Source of the DNA: an uncultured bacterium
GTDB lineage: Bacteria; Verrucomicrobiota; Lentisphaeria; Victivallales; UBA1829
Reading direction: 5' to 3'
Assembly (NCBI GenBank): GCA_900549415.1
Contig: URNX01000007.1
Span: 1,249-65,248 of the forward strand
Length of the DNA stretch: 64,000 bases
The notes below the pieces were generated by a model. That model was given only the letters and a program-made list of their open reading frames with translations, had not been told where the DNA came from and searched no databases. Position 1 is the stretch's first letter. Every line of letters starts with the position of its first letter. Below, in pieces: positions 53,042-63,275 of the stretch. Position numbers and translations under genes: made by a program.

Positions 53042-53668
53042 TCATTTCTTTTCCGGTTTTGCCTGACGCGCAGATGCGGCGTCGGCTTCCGCCTCTTCCG
53101 CCGAAGCGCTTTTTGCAATCGGAGTGACGGATGTCGGTTTGGTCTTGATGTCCGCGCTGACTTTTCCGGCCTTTGCAGGCGCTGTTTCCTCAGCCTTTAC
53201 GGGAGTCTCCGCCGGTTCCGCAGGAGCTGTCTCTTCTGCATTTTGCGGACGGATGAAGAGTTTGTATCCGGCGACTTCCGCATTCGGGGACATGGAGGTG
53301 AAACCGACCTCTTCGCCGTAGTCGACCGTGACATGGTTCCATGCGGACTGGCCGACTTCCTTGCCGTCTTTGTCATACCAGGCAAAACGGTAGGAGAGGG
53401 GGATATCCTGGTACGAGCAGAAAATCCAGTTCCAGGTGGAATAGGTCTTGACGCGGGCGCGGATGGAAACGTTTGTGAATTTGTTCTCCGTCTTCCAGGT
53501 GCGGACATACTCAAAATTGAGCTTGTCCTGGATGGAGCTGTCAAGCTCAATGTTTTTCTGCTGCTCTTCCGTGATGGCGGTCGGGTTGTCGACTGCGGTA
53601 CAGCATGCGGTGAAGAGCAGGGGGGCGGCGGCAACGCCGACGATCAGAAGATGTTTGCGGATATTCAT
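53042..53668 (-). CDS. YcfL/DUF1425-like lipoprotein with low-complexity Ala/Glu/Pro tail
   Basis: ORF trimmed to MNIRKHLLIVGVAAAPLLFTAC (lipobox; AAGGAG SD). SYRFAWYDKDGKEV resembles the YRFxWYDxxGxE signature of YcfL. Confidence 0.6.
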   Translation of the reverse strand: MNIRKHLLIVGVAAAPLLFTACCTAVDNPTAITEEQQKNIELDSSIQDKLNFEYVRTWKTENKFTNVSIRARVKTYSTWNWIFCSYQDIPLSYRFAWYDKDGKEVGQSAWNHVTVDYGEEVGFTSMSPNAEVAGYKLFIRPQNAEETAPAEPAETPVKAEETAPAKAGKVSADIKTKPTSVTPIAKSASAEEAEADAASARQAKPEKK

Positions 53669-53679
53669 TTCATTTCTCC

Positions 53680-54117
53680 TTATTTGAGCGAGAAGAAGCG
53701 GGTGGAGCCGACGATCTGCAGTTCGGGGCATTCCGCGAGTTTCTCCAGTGCGGATTCGGTGTCGTCAAAACGGAAAACAAGAACCGCGCGGTTGTTGCTT
53801 CCGTAAACGGATGCGTACATGTATTCAACGTTCAGCCCGTGCGCTTCGAGCTTTTCGAGGACGTCGGAGAGCCCGCCGGGAGAGTCATCCACTTCAAGCG
53901 CGATTACATCGTTGACGCTGACCGCGAATTTCTTCTCCTTGAGTGTATCGTACGCCTTCTGCCAGTCTTCGATGATGAAGCGCAGAATTCCGAAATCTTT
54001 GGTATCGGCAAGGGTGAGAGTCGTGATATTGAGTCCGGCGTCGGCGAGCGCTTTGCAGGGGCGGCTCACGGAGCCGGGCTTGTTTTCCACAAAAACGGAG
54101 ATTTGTTTCAATTTCAT
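53680..54117 (-). CDS. tandem ACT-domain protein
   Basis: 145 aa; MKLKQISVFVENKPGSVSRPCKALADAGLNITTL... and a second ACT repeat. Typical partner of PaaK-like ligases. Confidence 0.8.
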   Translation of the reverse strand: MKLKQISVFVENKPGSVSRPCKALADAGLNITTLTLADTKDFGILRFIIEDWQKAYDTLKEKKFAVSVNDVIALEVDDSPGGLSDVLEKLEAHGLNVEYMYASVYGSNNRAVLVFRFDDTESALEKLAECPELQIVGSTRFFSLK

Positions 54118-54131
54118 ATTGCACGCTCCTT

Positions 54132-55457
54132 TCAGGATTTCTTTTCGTTGCGGAGGTCGAGCACGCGTTTCGCTTTGCCTTCGCTGCGCGGAATGGTGTT
54201 CGGCGGTACAATTTTAACCGGAGTGCGGATTCCGAGAATCCGTTCCACGGAATGAACGAATTTGTGCTGGAGATCTTCCATCGCACGGACTTTGTCGCTG
54301 AAGTTTTCGGGGTTGATCTCAACTTCAACAAGCATGTCGTCCAGCCCGTCGTCGCGGCGGGTGAGGATGATGCGGTAGTGGGGCAGGGAGCCGTCAACCG
54401 CAAGAAGCCCGGTCTCAATCTGCGACGGGAAGACGTTTACTCCGCGGATGATGAACATATCGTCGCTGCGGCGCGAAATGCGTGCAATCCGGCGGATGGT
54501 CCGCCCGCATTCGCACGGTTCGGAGATGATGCGCGTCAAGTCGCGGGTGCGGTAGCGGATCATCGGCATTGCGAACTTCGAAAGGGTCGTGAAGACCAGT
54601 TCGCCCTCTTCGCCGTCCGGAAGAACCTCGCAGGTTTCCGGGTCGATGATTTCGGGGTAGAAATGATCTTCAAAAATGTGAATTCCCTTGTGGCAGCCGC
54701 ATTCGATGCCAACGCCGGGACCGCTCATTTCGGAGAGACCGTAGATGTCGAACGCCTCAATGCCGGACTGTTCTTCAATACGCTTTCTCATCTCTTCGGT
54801 CCACGGTTCGGCACCGAAAACACCCACGCGAACCGGAAGATCATGCAGATCGATTCCCATTTGTCCCGCCTTTTCGCAAAGGTGAATAAAATAGGTCGGC
54901 GTGCAGCAGATACCGGTTACACCGAAGTCGCGCATCAGCATGATCTGGCGCTCCGTGTTGCCTCCGGATGCGGGAACAACGGTCGCGCCGAGCGCTTCCA
55001 CGCCGTAGTGCGCACCGAGACCTCCGGTGAACAGGCCGTAGCCGTAGGAGTTCTGAATGATGTCGCCGCGGTCGATTCCCGCCATGGAGAGCGCACGTTT
55101 CATGCAGCTCACCCAGACGTCGATATCGTCTTTGGTATAGCCGACAACAATAGGTTTCCCAGTGGTTCCGCTGGAAGCGTGGAGACGTACTACCTGCTTC
55201 ATGTCAAGCGCGAAAAGACCGAACGGATAGGTGTCGCGCAGATCTTTTTTCATCATGAACGGGAGCTTGGAAATATCGGCGAGCGAGTGGATATCGGAAG
55301 GCTTGACGCCTTTTTCATCCATGCGTTTGCGATAGAACTCCACATTGTTGTATTCATGCGCGACAATGCGCTGAAGACGCTGGAGCTGAATCTGTTTGAG
55401 CAGCGGACGCGGGATATAATCCTGCGCGCTGACCGGATTGTAATGAGTGGAAAGCAT
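54132..55457 (-). CDS. phenylacetate--CoA ligase family protein (PaaK-like)
   Basis: 441 aa; ...LHASSGTTGKPIVVGYT..., ...YGLSEMSGPGV..., ...IIRGVNVFPSQIE... Confidence 0.9.
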   Translation of the reverse strand: MLSTHYNPVSAQDYIPRPLLKQIQLQRLQRIVAHEYNNVEFYRKRMDEKGVKPSDIHSLADISKLPFMMKKDLRDTYPFGLFALDMKQVVRLHASSGTTGKPIVVGYTKDDIDVWVSCMKRALSMAGIDRGDIIQNSYGYGLFTGGLGAHYGVEALGATVVPASGGNTERQIMLMRDFGVTGICCTPTYFIHLCEKAGQMGIDLHDLPVRVGVFGAEPWTEEMRKRIEEQSGIEAFDIYGLSEMSGPGVGIECGCHKGIHIFEDHFYPEIIDPETCEVLPDGEEGELVFTTLSKFAMPMIRYRTRDLTRIISEPCECGRTIRRIARISRRSDDMFIIRGVNVFPSQIETGLLAVDGSLPHYRIILTRRDDGLDDMLVEVEINPENFSDKVRAMEDLQHKFVHSVERILGIRTPVKIVPPNTIPRSEGKAKRVLDLRNEKKS

Positions 55458-55470
55458 CGGGGACCTCCGT

Positions 55471-55944
55471 TTACTTTACAAACTCCGCACCTTTGCGGAA
55501 CGCCTCCTGGTTGACGGGCAGAAGTTCGCCGGAGAAGGTTTCCGCGAGGAGCTGATTCCAGATTTCATCCGAAAGTTTGAGATGGGCATTCAGCGCACCG
55601 AGCATTGCGATGTTCATGCTGCGCCCCGGATCGTAGTCTCCAAGCATGGAGGGAGAAAGAACGATTCCGCCGGGTTTCAGCAGATGCCGGCACACTTCGA
55701 CCTGGTCTTCCGCAAGGGAGACGAGAAAATCCGCCTGACCTTCGGGGATCATCGGGCTCCAGACTTTCGTGCCGAAGCGTACGTCGCTGGAAACGGAACC
55801 GCCGCGCTGGCTCATGCCGTGAAGTTCGCTCTTCTTGACGTCGAATCCGCTGCGGAAAGCTGCGGCTGTCAGAAGATCGCTGGCGAGAATCACGCCCTGT
55901 CCGCCGATTCCGGCGAAGACTACGTTAACGGTATCAAGTGTCAT
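55471..55944 (-). CDS. iorB: indolepyruvate:ferredoxin oxidoreductase subunit beta
   Basis: 157 aa; VVFAGIGGQGVILASDLL...HGMSQRGGSVSSDVRFG; 4-nt overlap with iorA. Confidence 0.85.
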   Translation of the reverse strand: MTLDTVNVVFAGIGGQGVILASDLLTAAAFRSGFDVKKSELHGMSQRGGSVSSDVRFGTKVWSPMIPEGQADFLVSLAEDQVEVCRHLLKPGGIVLSPSMLGDYDPGRSMNIAMLGALNAHLKLSDEIWNQLLAETFSGELLPVNQEAFRKGAEFVK

Positions 55945-57533
55945 TTTACGCCTCCGTTCTTTTTCGCGAATTTAGCCATTTTTTTCATCTGCAGAACACA
56001 GGGACGTTTCGCGATGATGACGCTGATGTCATTGGAGGCGAGATGCTCCTGAACAAGATTTTTGAACCGTTCTGTCTCTTTTGTGGTATCCACAATATCA
56101 ACGTTGTTCACACCGCAGGCGCGGCAGACGGCTTCCAGATTGACGGGAATCGCAGGATCCATGTTGAGAAGATGGCCGGTGGCAGGGTTCTCCTGAAGTC
56201 CGGTCATTGCGGTCGTGGAGTTGTCGAGAATGATGACGACGTGTCCGGTTTTCGGACGGTTGTACGCCATTTCAACGATTCCGGTGAGACCGCTGTGAAG
56301 GAACGTGCTGTCGCCGATAACGCTGACGACTTTGCGCGCCTGCTCTTCGGGGAGCGAGCGGCGCAGACCGAGTCCGACGCCGATGCTGGCGCCCATGCAG
56401 ACGCACATGTCGATTGCGCTGAACGGCGGAAGCGTGCCGAGCGTGTAACAGCCGATGTCGCCTGCGACAATGCAGCCGAGGTCGCGCAGTGTCTCGAAGG
56501 ACTTGCGGTGCGGGCAGCCCGGGCAGAGCTGCGGGGGACGACCCGGAACCGATGCCGGATCGGGCGTGAAGTTGCGGTCAAGCTGTTTCTTGACGCGGTT
56601 CACATTGAGTTCGCCGAACAGGAGAGAATCATCCTTCGGTTCAACCTTGATTCCGGCTGCGGAAATGGTGTCGGCCAGGAAGCGGTCGCCTTCTTCTATC
56701 ACAACGCAGCGTTTAACGGAATTCGCGAATTCCGCAATTTTCTTCATCGGAAGCGGCCAGGTGAGTCCGAGTTTGAGCACGGAAGCTTCCGGAGCGGCTT
56801 CGCAGACGTGCTGGTAGGAGATTCCGGAACAGATCACTCCGAGTTCCTTTGATCCGGCTTTCGCCTGCTCGAAGTCGGAGGTTTCCGCATAGGCGGCGAG
56901 TTCCTTCATAGTGTTTTCCAGACGGACATGCGCCTTCTTTGCGAATGCGGGAACCATGACATTTTTCTGAATATTCTTCACATAAGGCTTCTGCTCAAAC
57001 GGATTGGCTTCACCGTGCAGGTGAACGATGGTCTGCGAGTGACAGACGCGTGTTGTCATGCGGAGCAGAACGGGCGTGTTGAACTTTTCGGAAAGTTCAA
57101 ACGCCTTGATGGTGAAGTCGTAAGCCTCCTGGGAATCAGAAGGTTCGAGCATCAGCATCTTTGCAGCTTTTGCGTAGTTGCGGTTATCCTGCTCGTTCTG
57201 GCTGGAGGCGAGTCCCGGATCATCGGCGGAAACAATGACAAGACCGCCGTTGACACCCGTATAGGTGAGAGTGAACAGCGGGTCAGCGGCGACATTCAGT
57301 CCGACGTGTTTCATTGTGACGATGCTTCTTGCACCGCCGAAAGAGACGCCGATACCAACTTCGAGCGCGACTTTTTCATTCGGGGCCCATTCCGCGGATC
57401 CGCCGATTTTCGAGAATGTTTCGAGAATTTCAGTAGACGGCGTTCCGGGATATCCGGCGCCGAGCCGGACGGAAGCGGCGAGCGCCGCGTATGCGACAGC
57501 CTCATCTCCGCTGAGGATTCGTTTTTGGGACAT
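55941..57533 (-). CDS. iorA: indolepyruvate:ferredoxin oxidoreductase subunit alpha
   Basis: Start moved to ATG (MSQKRILSGDEAVAYAALA...), 5 nt after GGAGGT; the track start is a GTG inside the SD. GYPGTPSTEI, TPP-binding region, CPGCPH. Confidence 0.88.
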   Translation of the reverse strand: MSQKRILSGDEAVAYAALAASVRLGAGYPGTPSTEILETFSKIGGSAEWAPNEKVALEVGIGVSFGGARSIVTMKHVGLNVAADPLFTLTYTGVNGGLVIVSADDPGLASSQNEQDNRNYAKAAKMLMLEPSDSQEAYDFTIKAFELSEKFNTPVLLRMTTRVCHSQTIVHLHGEANPFEQKPYVKNIQKNVMVPAFAKKAHVRLENTMKELAAYAETSDFEQAKAGSKELGVICSGISYQHVCEAAPEASVLKLGLTWPLPMKKIAEFANSVKRCVVIEEGDRFLADTISAAGIKVEPKDDSLLFGELNVNRVKKQLDRNFTPDPASVPGRPPQLCPGCPHRKSFETLRDLGCIVAGDIGCYTLGTLPPFSAIDMCVCMGASIGVGLGLRRSLPEEQARKVVSVIGDSTFLHSGLTGIVEMAYNRPKTGHVVIILDNSTTAMTGLQENPATGHLLNMDPAIPVNLEAVCRACGVNNVDIVDTTKETERFKNLVQEHLASNDISVIIAKRPCVLQMKKMAKFAKKNGGVK

Positions 57534-57676
57534 TGTAACCTCCTGCACAAATACGAATTATTTGCTTTTATTAATCTTCAAAACTTACCACAATTCCGCC
57601 GTTTTTCAAGCGCGTTCGGACAAAAAAAACGTTTTTTCGTGCAGATTCAAAACTCCGCACGGAAAAACGTTCAGGG

Positions 57677-57712
57677 AAAATCTCCCGTTCTCGAAATCCG
57701 GAAACGGGAGAT
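57677..57712 (-). terminator. rho-independent terminator after carB
   Basis: 10-bp stem ATCTCCCGTT (57680-57689) / AACGGGAGAT (57703-57712), followed by TTTT on the minus strand. Confidence 0.7.
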
Positions 57713-57730
57713 GAACGGCGGAAACCGCGG

Positions 57731-60700
57731 TTATTTGCCGGACTGGTACTCCTGAAGTGATTTCGGGAGTATGGCGTTGCTGCGGGCTGCGGCAATACCG
57801 GCAACCGTTGCAACTGCGGCGGCGATTGTGGTCATGTAGGCAATATGCTGCTGGATCGCCATCATGCGGATGTAGCTGTCGTCGAGCTTTTCGCTGCGGT
57901 CCTTCGGTGTGTTGATGATCAGCTGAAGATCATGATTTTTGATCATGTCGCTGATATCCGGACGCCCCTCGCCAAGCTTGTTGACCACGGTGTTCGGAAT
58001 GGAATGTCCGTCCAGGAACTTGGAAGTCCCCTCCGTTGCATAAAGTTTGAATCCGAGTTCATGCAGTTTCTGGACAATCGGCAGAAGGTACTCGCGGTCG
58101 CGGCGGTTCACCGTGACCAGCGCAGAGCCCTCCAGCGGAAGCGGGGCATTCGCGGCTTTCTGACTCTTGAAGTAGGCAAGATCAAAACTGTCCGCAATGC
58201 CGAGAACTTCTCCGGTGGAGCGCATTTCCGGTCCGAGAACCGGGTCGACTTCCGGGAACATGTTGAACGGGAAGACCGCCTCTTTTACTCCGTAGTAATT
58301 CTTGCACTTGCGTTCAAGAAGCGGAGCAAAATCGGAAAGTTTCTTGCCGAGCATGAGTCCTGTCGCGATGCGGGCGAGCGGAACGCCCGTGATCTTCGCC
58401 ACCAGAGGAACCGTGCGCGACGCGCGCGGATTGGCTTCAATGATGTAGACTTTGTCGTGGCAGACTGCGAACTGGACGTTCAGAATGCCGTCGACTTTGA
58501 AGTCTTTTGCAATCGCGGCGGCGTAGCGCTCAATCGTCTCAAGATGCTTCTTCGGAATTGTGACCGGGGGCAGCACGCAGGCGGAATCGCCGGAGTGAAT
58601 GCCCGCAAGTTCCACGTGTTCCATAATTGTGGCGACAAAAGTTTCATTGCCGTCGGAAAGCGCGTCGACTTCCGTTTCCGTTGCGTTGTCGAGGAAGCGG
58701 TCGATGAGCATCGGGTATTCCGGGCTGACCTGGATGGCTTCGACGGCGTAACGCTTCAGGGTCTCTTCATCATGAATGACTGCCATGCCGCGTCCGCCCA
58801 GAACGAACGAGGGACGAACCATGACCGGATAACCGATCTTGCGTCCGAGTTCAACCGCCTGTTCGAGCGAGTGGGAAATGCCGCTTTCCGGCTGCGGAAT
58901 GCCGAGTGCAATCATGCGTTCGCGGAAATATTCGCGGTCTTCCGCCAGACGGATTCCCTCCGGCTGAGTGCCGAGAATATTCACGCCGGCGTCCTTGAGC
59001 TGCTGGGCGATATTGAGCGGAGTCTGTCCGCCGAACTGAACAATGACGCCCTGCGGTTTTTCCTTTTCGTAGATCGCGAGAACGTCTTCCACGGTCAGCG
59101 GCTCAAAGTAAAGTTTGTTGCTGGTATCGTAGTCGGTGGAGACTGTTTCCGGGTTGCAGTTGACCATGATCGACTCATAACCTGCATCGCGGAGAGCAAA
59201 CGCCGCGTGAACGCAGGTGTAGTCGAACTCGATGCCCTGTCCGATACGGTTCGGACCGCCGCCGAGAATCATAATCTTTTTGTTCGGCGTGACGGCAACT
59301 TCGTCCTTCGCATCTTTTGCGTAGGTGGAGTAGTAATAAGCCGCGTTTTCGACTCCGGAGACCGGAACCGCGCAGAAGACGGCTTTCACACCGAGCGCAA
59401 GACGGCGGTCGCGGATCTGTTTTTCGGAAACGCTGAAGAGAGCCGCAAGATATTTGTCGGAGAACCCGTCGCGCTTTGCCTGAATCAGCAGCTCGTCGGA
59501 AAGCGTATCGAAATCGTGTTTCTGAAGCTCAATTTCGAGCGCGGCAAGTTCCGCCATCTGTTCAATGAAATAGCGGGTGATTTTCGTCAGCTTCACAATA
59601 TCATCGACGGCGACGCCTTTTTTCAGAGCTTCATAGATCTGAAAATAGCGTTCGCTGTTCGGTGTAATGATGCGGGTGCGGAGCTCTTCGGCGGTGAGCT
59701 TTTCGAATTTCTTGACGCAACCGAGTCCGGAGCGTCCGATTTCGAGTGAACGGATCGCTTTCTGGAATGCTTCCTTGAAGTTCTTGCCGATGCTCATGAC
59801 TTCACCGACAGCCTTCATCTGTGTACCGAGACGATCCTTTGCCTGCGCGAATTTTTCAAACGCCCAGCGGGCGAACTTTACAACGACATAGTCGCCGGAG
59901 GGCGTGTAACGGTCAAGAGAACCGTCGCGCCAGTAGGGAATGTCCTTGAGGTCGAGTCCTGCGGCAAGACGTGTGGAAACGCTGGCGATCGGGAAGCCGG
60001 TGGCTTTCGAGGCGAGTGCGCTGGAACGGGAGGTGCGGGGGTTGATTTCAATCACAATAATCCGGTCGTCAACCGGGTTGTGTGCAAACTGGACATTGCC
60101 TCCGCCGATGATGCCGACGCCGTCGACGATGCGGTAGGCGTAATCCTGAAGGCGTTTCTGAACCGATTCGGGAACGGTAAGCATCGGGGCTACGCAGAAG
60201 CTGTCGCCGGTGTGAACACCCATCGGATCAACGTTTTCGATGAAGCAGACCGTGATTTTCTTTCCGGTGGCATCACGGACGACTTCGAGTTCAAGTTCTT
60301 CCCAGCCGATAACACACTCTTCCACGAGCACCTGGTGAATCATGCTGGCATCGAGTCCGCGGGAGCAGACTTCACGGAGTTCTTCGACATTGTAGACGAT
60401 GCCGCCGCCGGTTCCGCCCATGGTGTAAGCGGGACGGAGGACGACCGGGTAGCCGAACTCCTTCGCAATCTTTTCGGCTTCTTCGAGTGAGTAGCAGGGT
60501 TCGGATTTCGCCATGGGAATGCCGAGCTGCTTCATCGTCTCCTTGAAGGTGATGCGGTCTTCGCCGCGCTTGATGGCGTTCAGGTCGACGCCGATGACTT
60601 TGACGTTGTTTCTGGAGAGAATGCCGGCTTCATCGAGTTCGATGGAGAGGTTGAGCGCGGTCTGTCCGCCGAGATTCGGCAGAAGAGCGTCGGGTTTCTC

Positions 60701-60940
60701 TTTCTGAATGATTTTTTCGATGCTGTCGACTGTGAGCGGTTCAATGTAGGTGTGATCCGCCATGCCCGGGTCGGTCATGATGGTTGCGGGGTTGGAGTTT
60801 ACAAGGACAATTTCATAACCTTCCTTGCGAAGGGCCTTGCAAGCCTGGGTTCCCGAATAATCGAATTCGCAGGCCTGACCGATAATGATCGGACCGGAAC
60901 CGATAATCAATACTTTGTGAATGTCCGTGCGCTTGGGCAT
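57731..60940 (-). CDS. carB: carbamoyl-phosphate synthase large subunit
   Basis: 1069 aa; MPKRTDIHKVLIIGSGPIIIGQACEFDYSGTQACKALRKEGYEIVLVNSNPATIMTD...; duplicated ATP-grasp halves. Confidence 0.97.
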   Translation of the reverse strand: MPKRTDIHKVLIIGSGPIIIGQACEFDYSGTQACKALRKEGYEIVLVNSNPATIMTDPGMADHTYIEPLTVDSIEKIIQKEKPDALLPNLGGQTALNLSIELDEAGILSRNNVKVIGVDLNAIKRGEDRITFKETMKQLGIPMAKSEPCYSLEEAEKIAKEFGYPVVLRPAYTMGGTGGGIVYNVEELREVCSRGLDASMIHQVLVEECVIGWEELELEVVRDATGKKITVCFIENVDPMGVHTGDSFCVAPMLTVPESVQKRLQDYAYRIVDGVGIIGGGNVQFAHNPVDDRIIVIEINPRTSRSSALASKATGFPIASVSTRLAAGLDLKDIPYWRDGSLDRYTPSGDYVVVKFARWAFEKFAQAKDRLGTQMKAVGEVMSIGKNFKEAFQKAIRSLEIGRSGLGCVKKFEKLTAEELRTRIITPNSERYFQIYEALKKGVAVDDIVKLTKITRYFIEQMAELAALEIELQKHDFDTLSDELLIQAKRDGFSDKYLAALFSVSEKQIRDRRLALGVKAVFCAVPVSGVENAAYYYSTYAKDAKDEVAVTPNKKIMILGGGPNRIGQGIEFDYTCVHAAFALRDAGYESIMVNCNPETVSTDYDTSNKLYFEPLTVEDVLAIYEKEKPQGVIVQFGGQTPLNIAQQLKDAGVNILGTQPEGIRLAEDREYFRERMIALGIPQPESGISHSLEQAVELGRKIGYPVMVRPSFVLGGRGMAVIHDEETLKRYAVEAIQVSPEYPMLIDRFLDNATETEVDALSDGNETFVATIMEHVELAGIHSGDSACVLPPVTIPKKHLETIERYAAAIAKDFKVDGILNVQFAVCHDKVYIIEANPRASRTVPLVAKITGVPLARIATGLMLGKKLSDFAPLLERKCKNYYGVKEAVFPFNMFPEVDPVLGPEMRSTGEVLGIADSFDLAYFKSQKAANAPLPLEGSALVTVNRRDREYLLPIVQKLHELGFKLYATEGTSKFLDGHSIPNTVVNKLGEGRPDISDMIKNHDLQLIINTPKDRSEKLDDSYIRMMAIQQHIAYMTTIAAAVATVAGIAAARSNAILPKSLQEYQSGK

Positions 60941-61020
60941 GTGTTCCTCCTCTGTTTTTTAATTGCAGTAGTCGGAACCTAACTATACACCCGAAACGGC
61001 GTTTTTCAAACATGCAAGAG

Positions 61021-61524
61021 CTATTTTCTTACGATTTCAGCGACTTTCGTCCAGAAATCCAGTTTCTGCCGGTATGTCAGCATCGCTGCTGCAGGGCTGG
61101 TCGAGGGAAGACGTTCGATCTGGAGACCGCGCTGAAACAGCGGAGCGTGGTAGCGTTTCAGAAAATTGAATGACGCCGTGCCGTTGCAGAAAATATGTGT
61201 AATGGTCGGCGTCCGTTCGATCAGTCCGGCAATATCGTTCGGAACCGGATCGGTGATTTTTGTATCCAGGCTTCCCGTCCGGCGACAGAACGCAAGCGTA
61301 TCCCACAGAGCAATCCGGTTCTCGCCGAGTTTGCGCAGGCGCTCCGGATAGGGAAGATCGCGGGAGAAGCCGAACAGTTCTCCCATAATTTTCCAGAACG
61401 CATTCTGCGGGAAAGCGTAATACTGCTGTTGGCGCAGTGATTCCTCTCCGGGCATGGATCCGAGAATCAGGACTTTCGCCCCCGGGTAAACACTCGGGGG
61501 AAAGGATTGCTTCCGCTCTGTCAT
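61021..61524 (-). CDS. hypoxanthine/deoxyinosine DNA glycosylase (UDG superfamily, family-6-like)
   Basis: 167 aa; ...LILGSMPGEESLRQQQYYAFPQNAFWKIMGELFG...; ...LPSTSPAAA... Confidence 0.65.
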   Translation of the reverse strand: MTERKQSFPPSVYPGAKVLILGSMPGEESLRQQQYYAFPQNAFWKIMGELFGFSRDLPYPERLRKLGENRIALWDTLAFCRRTGSLDTKITDPVPNDIAGLIERTPTITHIFCNGTASFNFLKRYHAPLFQRGLQIERLPSTSPAAAMLTYRQKLDFWTKVAEIVRK

Positions 61525-63269
61525 TTTCTGCGATCCCGCTTGTCCTTCCAGTCGGGCTGACGGTAGCGGGAAGCGCGTTTCTTTTTCAGCATCTGAATCT
61601 GCGTCCGGCGGTCGCGGAGACCGCGATGGACTTCGATTTCCTCGCCTGTGTAGGGATTCTTTCCGCTGTAATACATTGCGGCGCCCATGGTCATCGGAAG
61701 CGGGATGTAGTCCTGCACCTGCTGCGGACTCCAGTGATGCGCTTCCAGGAAGTCGTCAACCACTTTCATTTCCTCTTCGGTGCAGCCGGGGAAGTTGGAG
61801 ATGAAAAGCGGAATCAGATACTGTTCCTTGCCGATCTGTTTGTTGCATTTATCGAACATTTTCATAAACGCTTCGAGCTCGCCCGGCTGTCCTTTGCGCA
61901 TGAGATTCAGAACGCGCGGATGCAGATGTTCCGGGGCGACTTTAAGATGTCCGGATACATGGTTCCGGATGATCTCAAGCGTCAGTTCCGGTTGGCGGAG
62001 CGCAAGATCCAGGCGCATTCCCGAATTCAGGAATACTTTCCGGATCCCCGGCGATTTCATCGCCGTCTTGAGAAGCTTCAGCAGAGTGGAGCCGTCCGGA
62101 ATGTAATTCTTGCACGGTTTCGGCCACATGCAGGAAATGCGGCGGCATTTTTCACACATTGAATGATCTGCGACCCTGTTGCCGAAGATATTGGAGGCGG
62201 CGCCGCCGATGTCGCTGATGATTCCATTGAATCCGGGCAGTTTTTTGATCCGCTCAATGCTGCGCATCACCGATTCCGGCGAGCGCGAGACTAGATGACG
62301 GGTCTGGTGCGAAACAAGACCGCAGAACGCGCATCCGCCCGGGCAGCCGCGGACGGCGGGGACGGAGAACTTGACGCATTCATACGCGGGAATCGGCTCT
62401 TTGTAACTCGGATGCGGAGCCATGCCGTAGGGAAGCTCGCAAACGTGGTCGAGCTCCGCCTGCGAGAGCGGCGGATTCGGGCGTTCAAGAACAAGAAGGC
62501 GGTCGTTGTAACGTTGAATCATGCGGCGTCCGCACCACGGATTCATCTCCGCTTCCACCCTGCGCGTCTGTTCGAGAAGCGCGTCTTTATCCGAGCAGAT
62601 CCGTTCATAGGAGGGGAGTTCCACGCAGCCGGACGCGTCGAATTCCTTCGAAGCGTTTCCGCCGAGAAACCGCGCGGTTCCGGGAATGCCGTCGAGCGGC
62701 TTGCCGTCGCGGATGCGGGTGTAGACTTCCAGCGAAGCCGTTTCGCCCATTCCGAAAATCAGGATGTCGGCTTTGGATTCGACGAGTTCGGAGGGATGCA
62801 TCTTGTCCTGCCAGTAATCATAATGTGCGACGCGGCGCAGGCTCGCTTCAACACCGCCGAGAACGGTTTTGATTCCGGGAAATGCGCGTTTGGCAAGCTG
62901 AGTGTAGACAACCGCCGCCATCGGAGGCCGGTTTCCGGTTTTGCCGCCGGGGGAGTACATGTCGTCTTTGCGGAAACGGCGGCCGACAGTGTAGATGCAG
63001 ACCATGGAGTCCATGTTTCCGGAAGAGACTCCGACTGCGATATTGGGGCGCCCCATGACTTTGAGAGACTCGGGATCCTTCCAGTCCGGCTGGGCGACCA
63101 CGCCGACGCGGAACCCTTTATCGAGCAGGTAACGCCCGATTACGGCGGTTCCGAACGACGGGTGTTCCACATAGGCGTCACCTGTCAGAAGCAGAATGTC
63201 GATGGAATCCCAGCCGAGAGCTTCCATCTCGCGGCGGGACATCGGCAGAAATTTCACATTTTCGTACAT
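61521..63269 (-). CDS. ygiQ: YgiQ-family radical SAM protein (UPF0313)
   Basis: 582 aa; FLPMSRREMEALGWDSIDILLLTGDAYVEHPSFGTAVIGRYLLDKGFRVGVVAQPDW...; RGCPGGCAFC cluster motif. Confidence 0.9.
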   Translation of the reverse strand: MYENVKFLPMSRREMEALGWDSIDILLLTGDAYVEHPSFGTAVIGRYLLDKGFRVGVVAQPDWKDPESLKVMGRPNIAVGVSSGNMDSMVCIYTVGRRFRKDDMYSPGGKTGNRPPMAAVVYTQLAKRAFPGIKTVLGGVEASLRRVAHYDYWQDKMHPSELVESKADILIFGMGETASLEVYTRIRDGKPLDGIPGTARFLGGNASKEFDASGCVELPSYERICSDKDALLEQTRRVEAEMNPWCGRRMIQRYNDRLLVLERPNPPLSQAELDHVCELPYGMAPHPSYKEPIPAYECVKFSVPAVRGCPGGCAFCGLVSHQTRHLVSRSPESVMRSIERIKKLPGFNGIISDIGGAASNIFGNRVADHSMCEKCRRISCMWPKPCKNYIPDGSTLLKLLKTAMKSPGIRKVFLNSGMRLDLALRQPELTLEIIRNHVSGHLKVAPEHLHPRVLNLMRKGQPGELEAFMKMFDKCNKQIGKEQYLIPLFISNFPGCTEEEMKVVDDFLEAHHWSPQQVQDYIPLPMTMGAAMYYSGKNPYTGEEIEVHRGLRDRRTQIQMLKKKRASRYRQPDWKDKRDRRK

Positions 63270-63275
63270 AAGAGA

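Noticed and set aside
55941-57533. IorA seems to end without a C-terminal 2x[4Fe-4S] ferredoxin domain (530 aa versus ~600+ aa archaeal forms).
   Set aside because: I believe short ~530-aa bacterial IorA forms are common (e.g. in Bacteroides). I cannot show from sequence alone that anything is missing.
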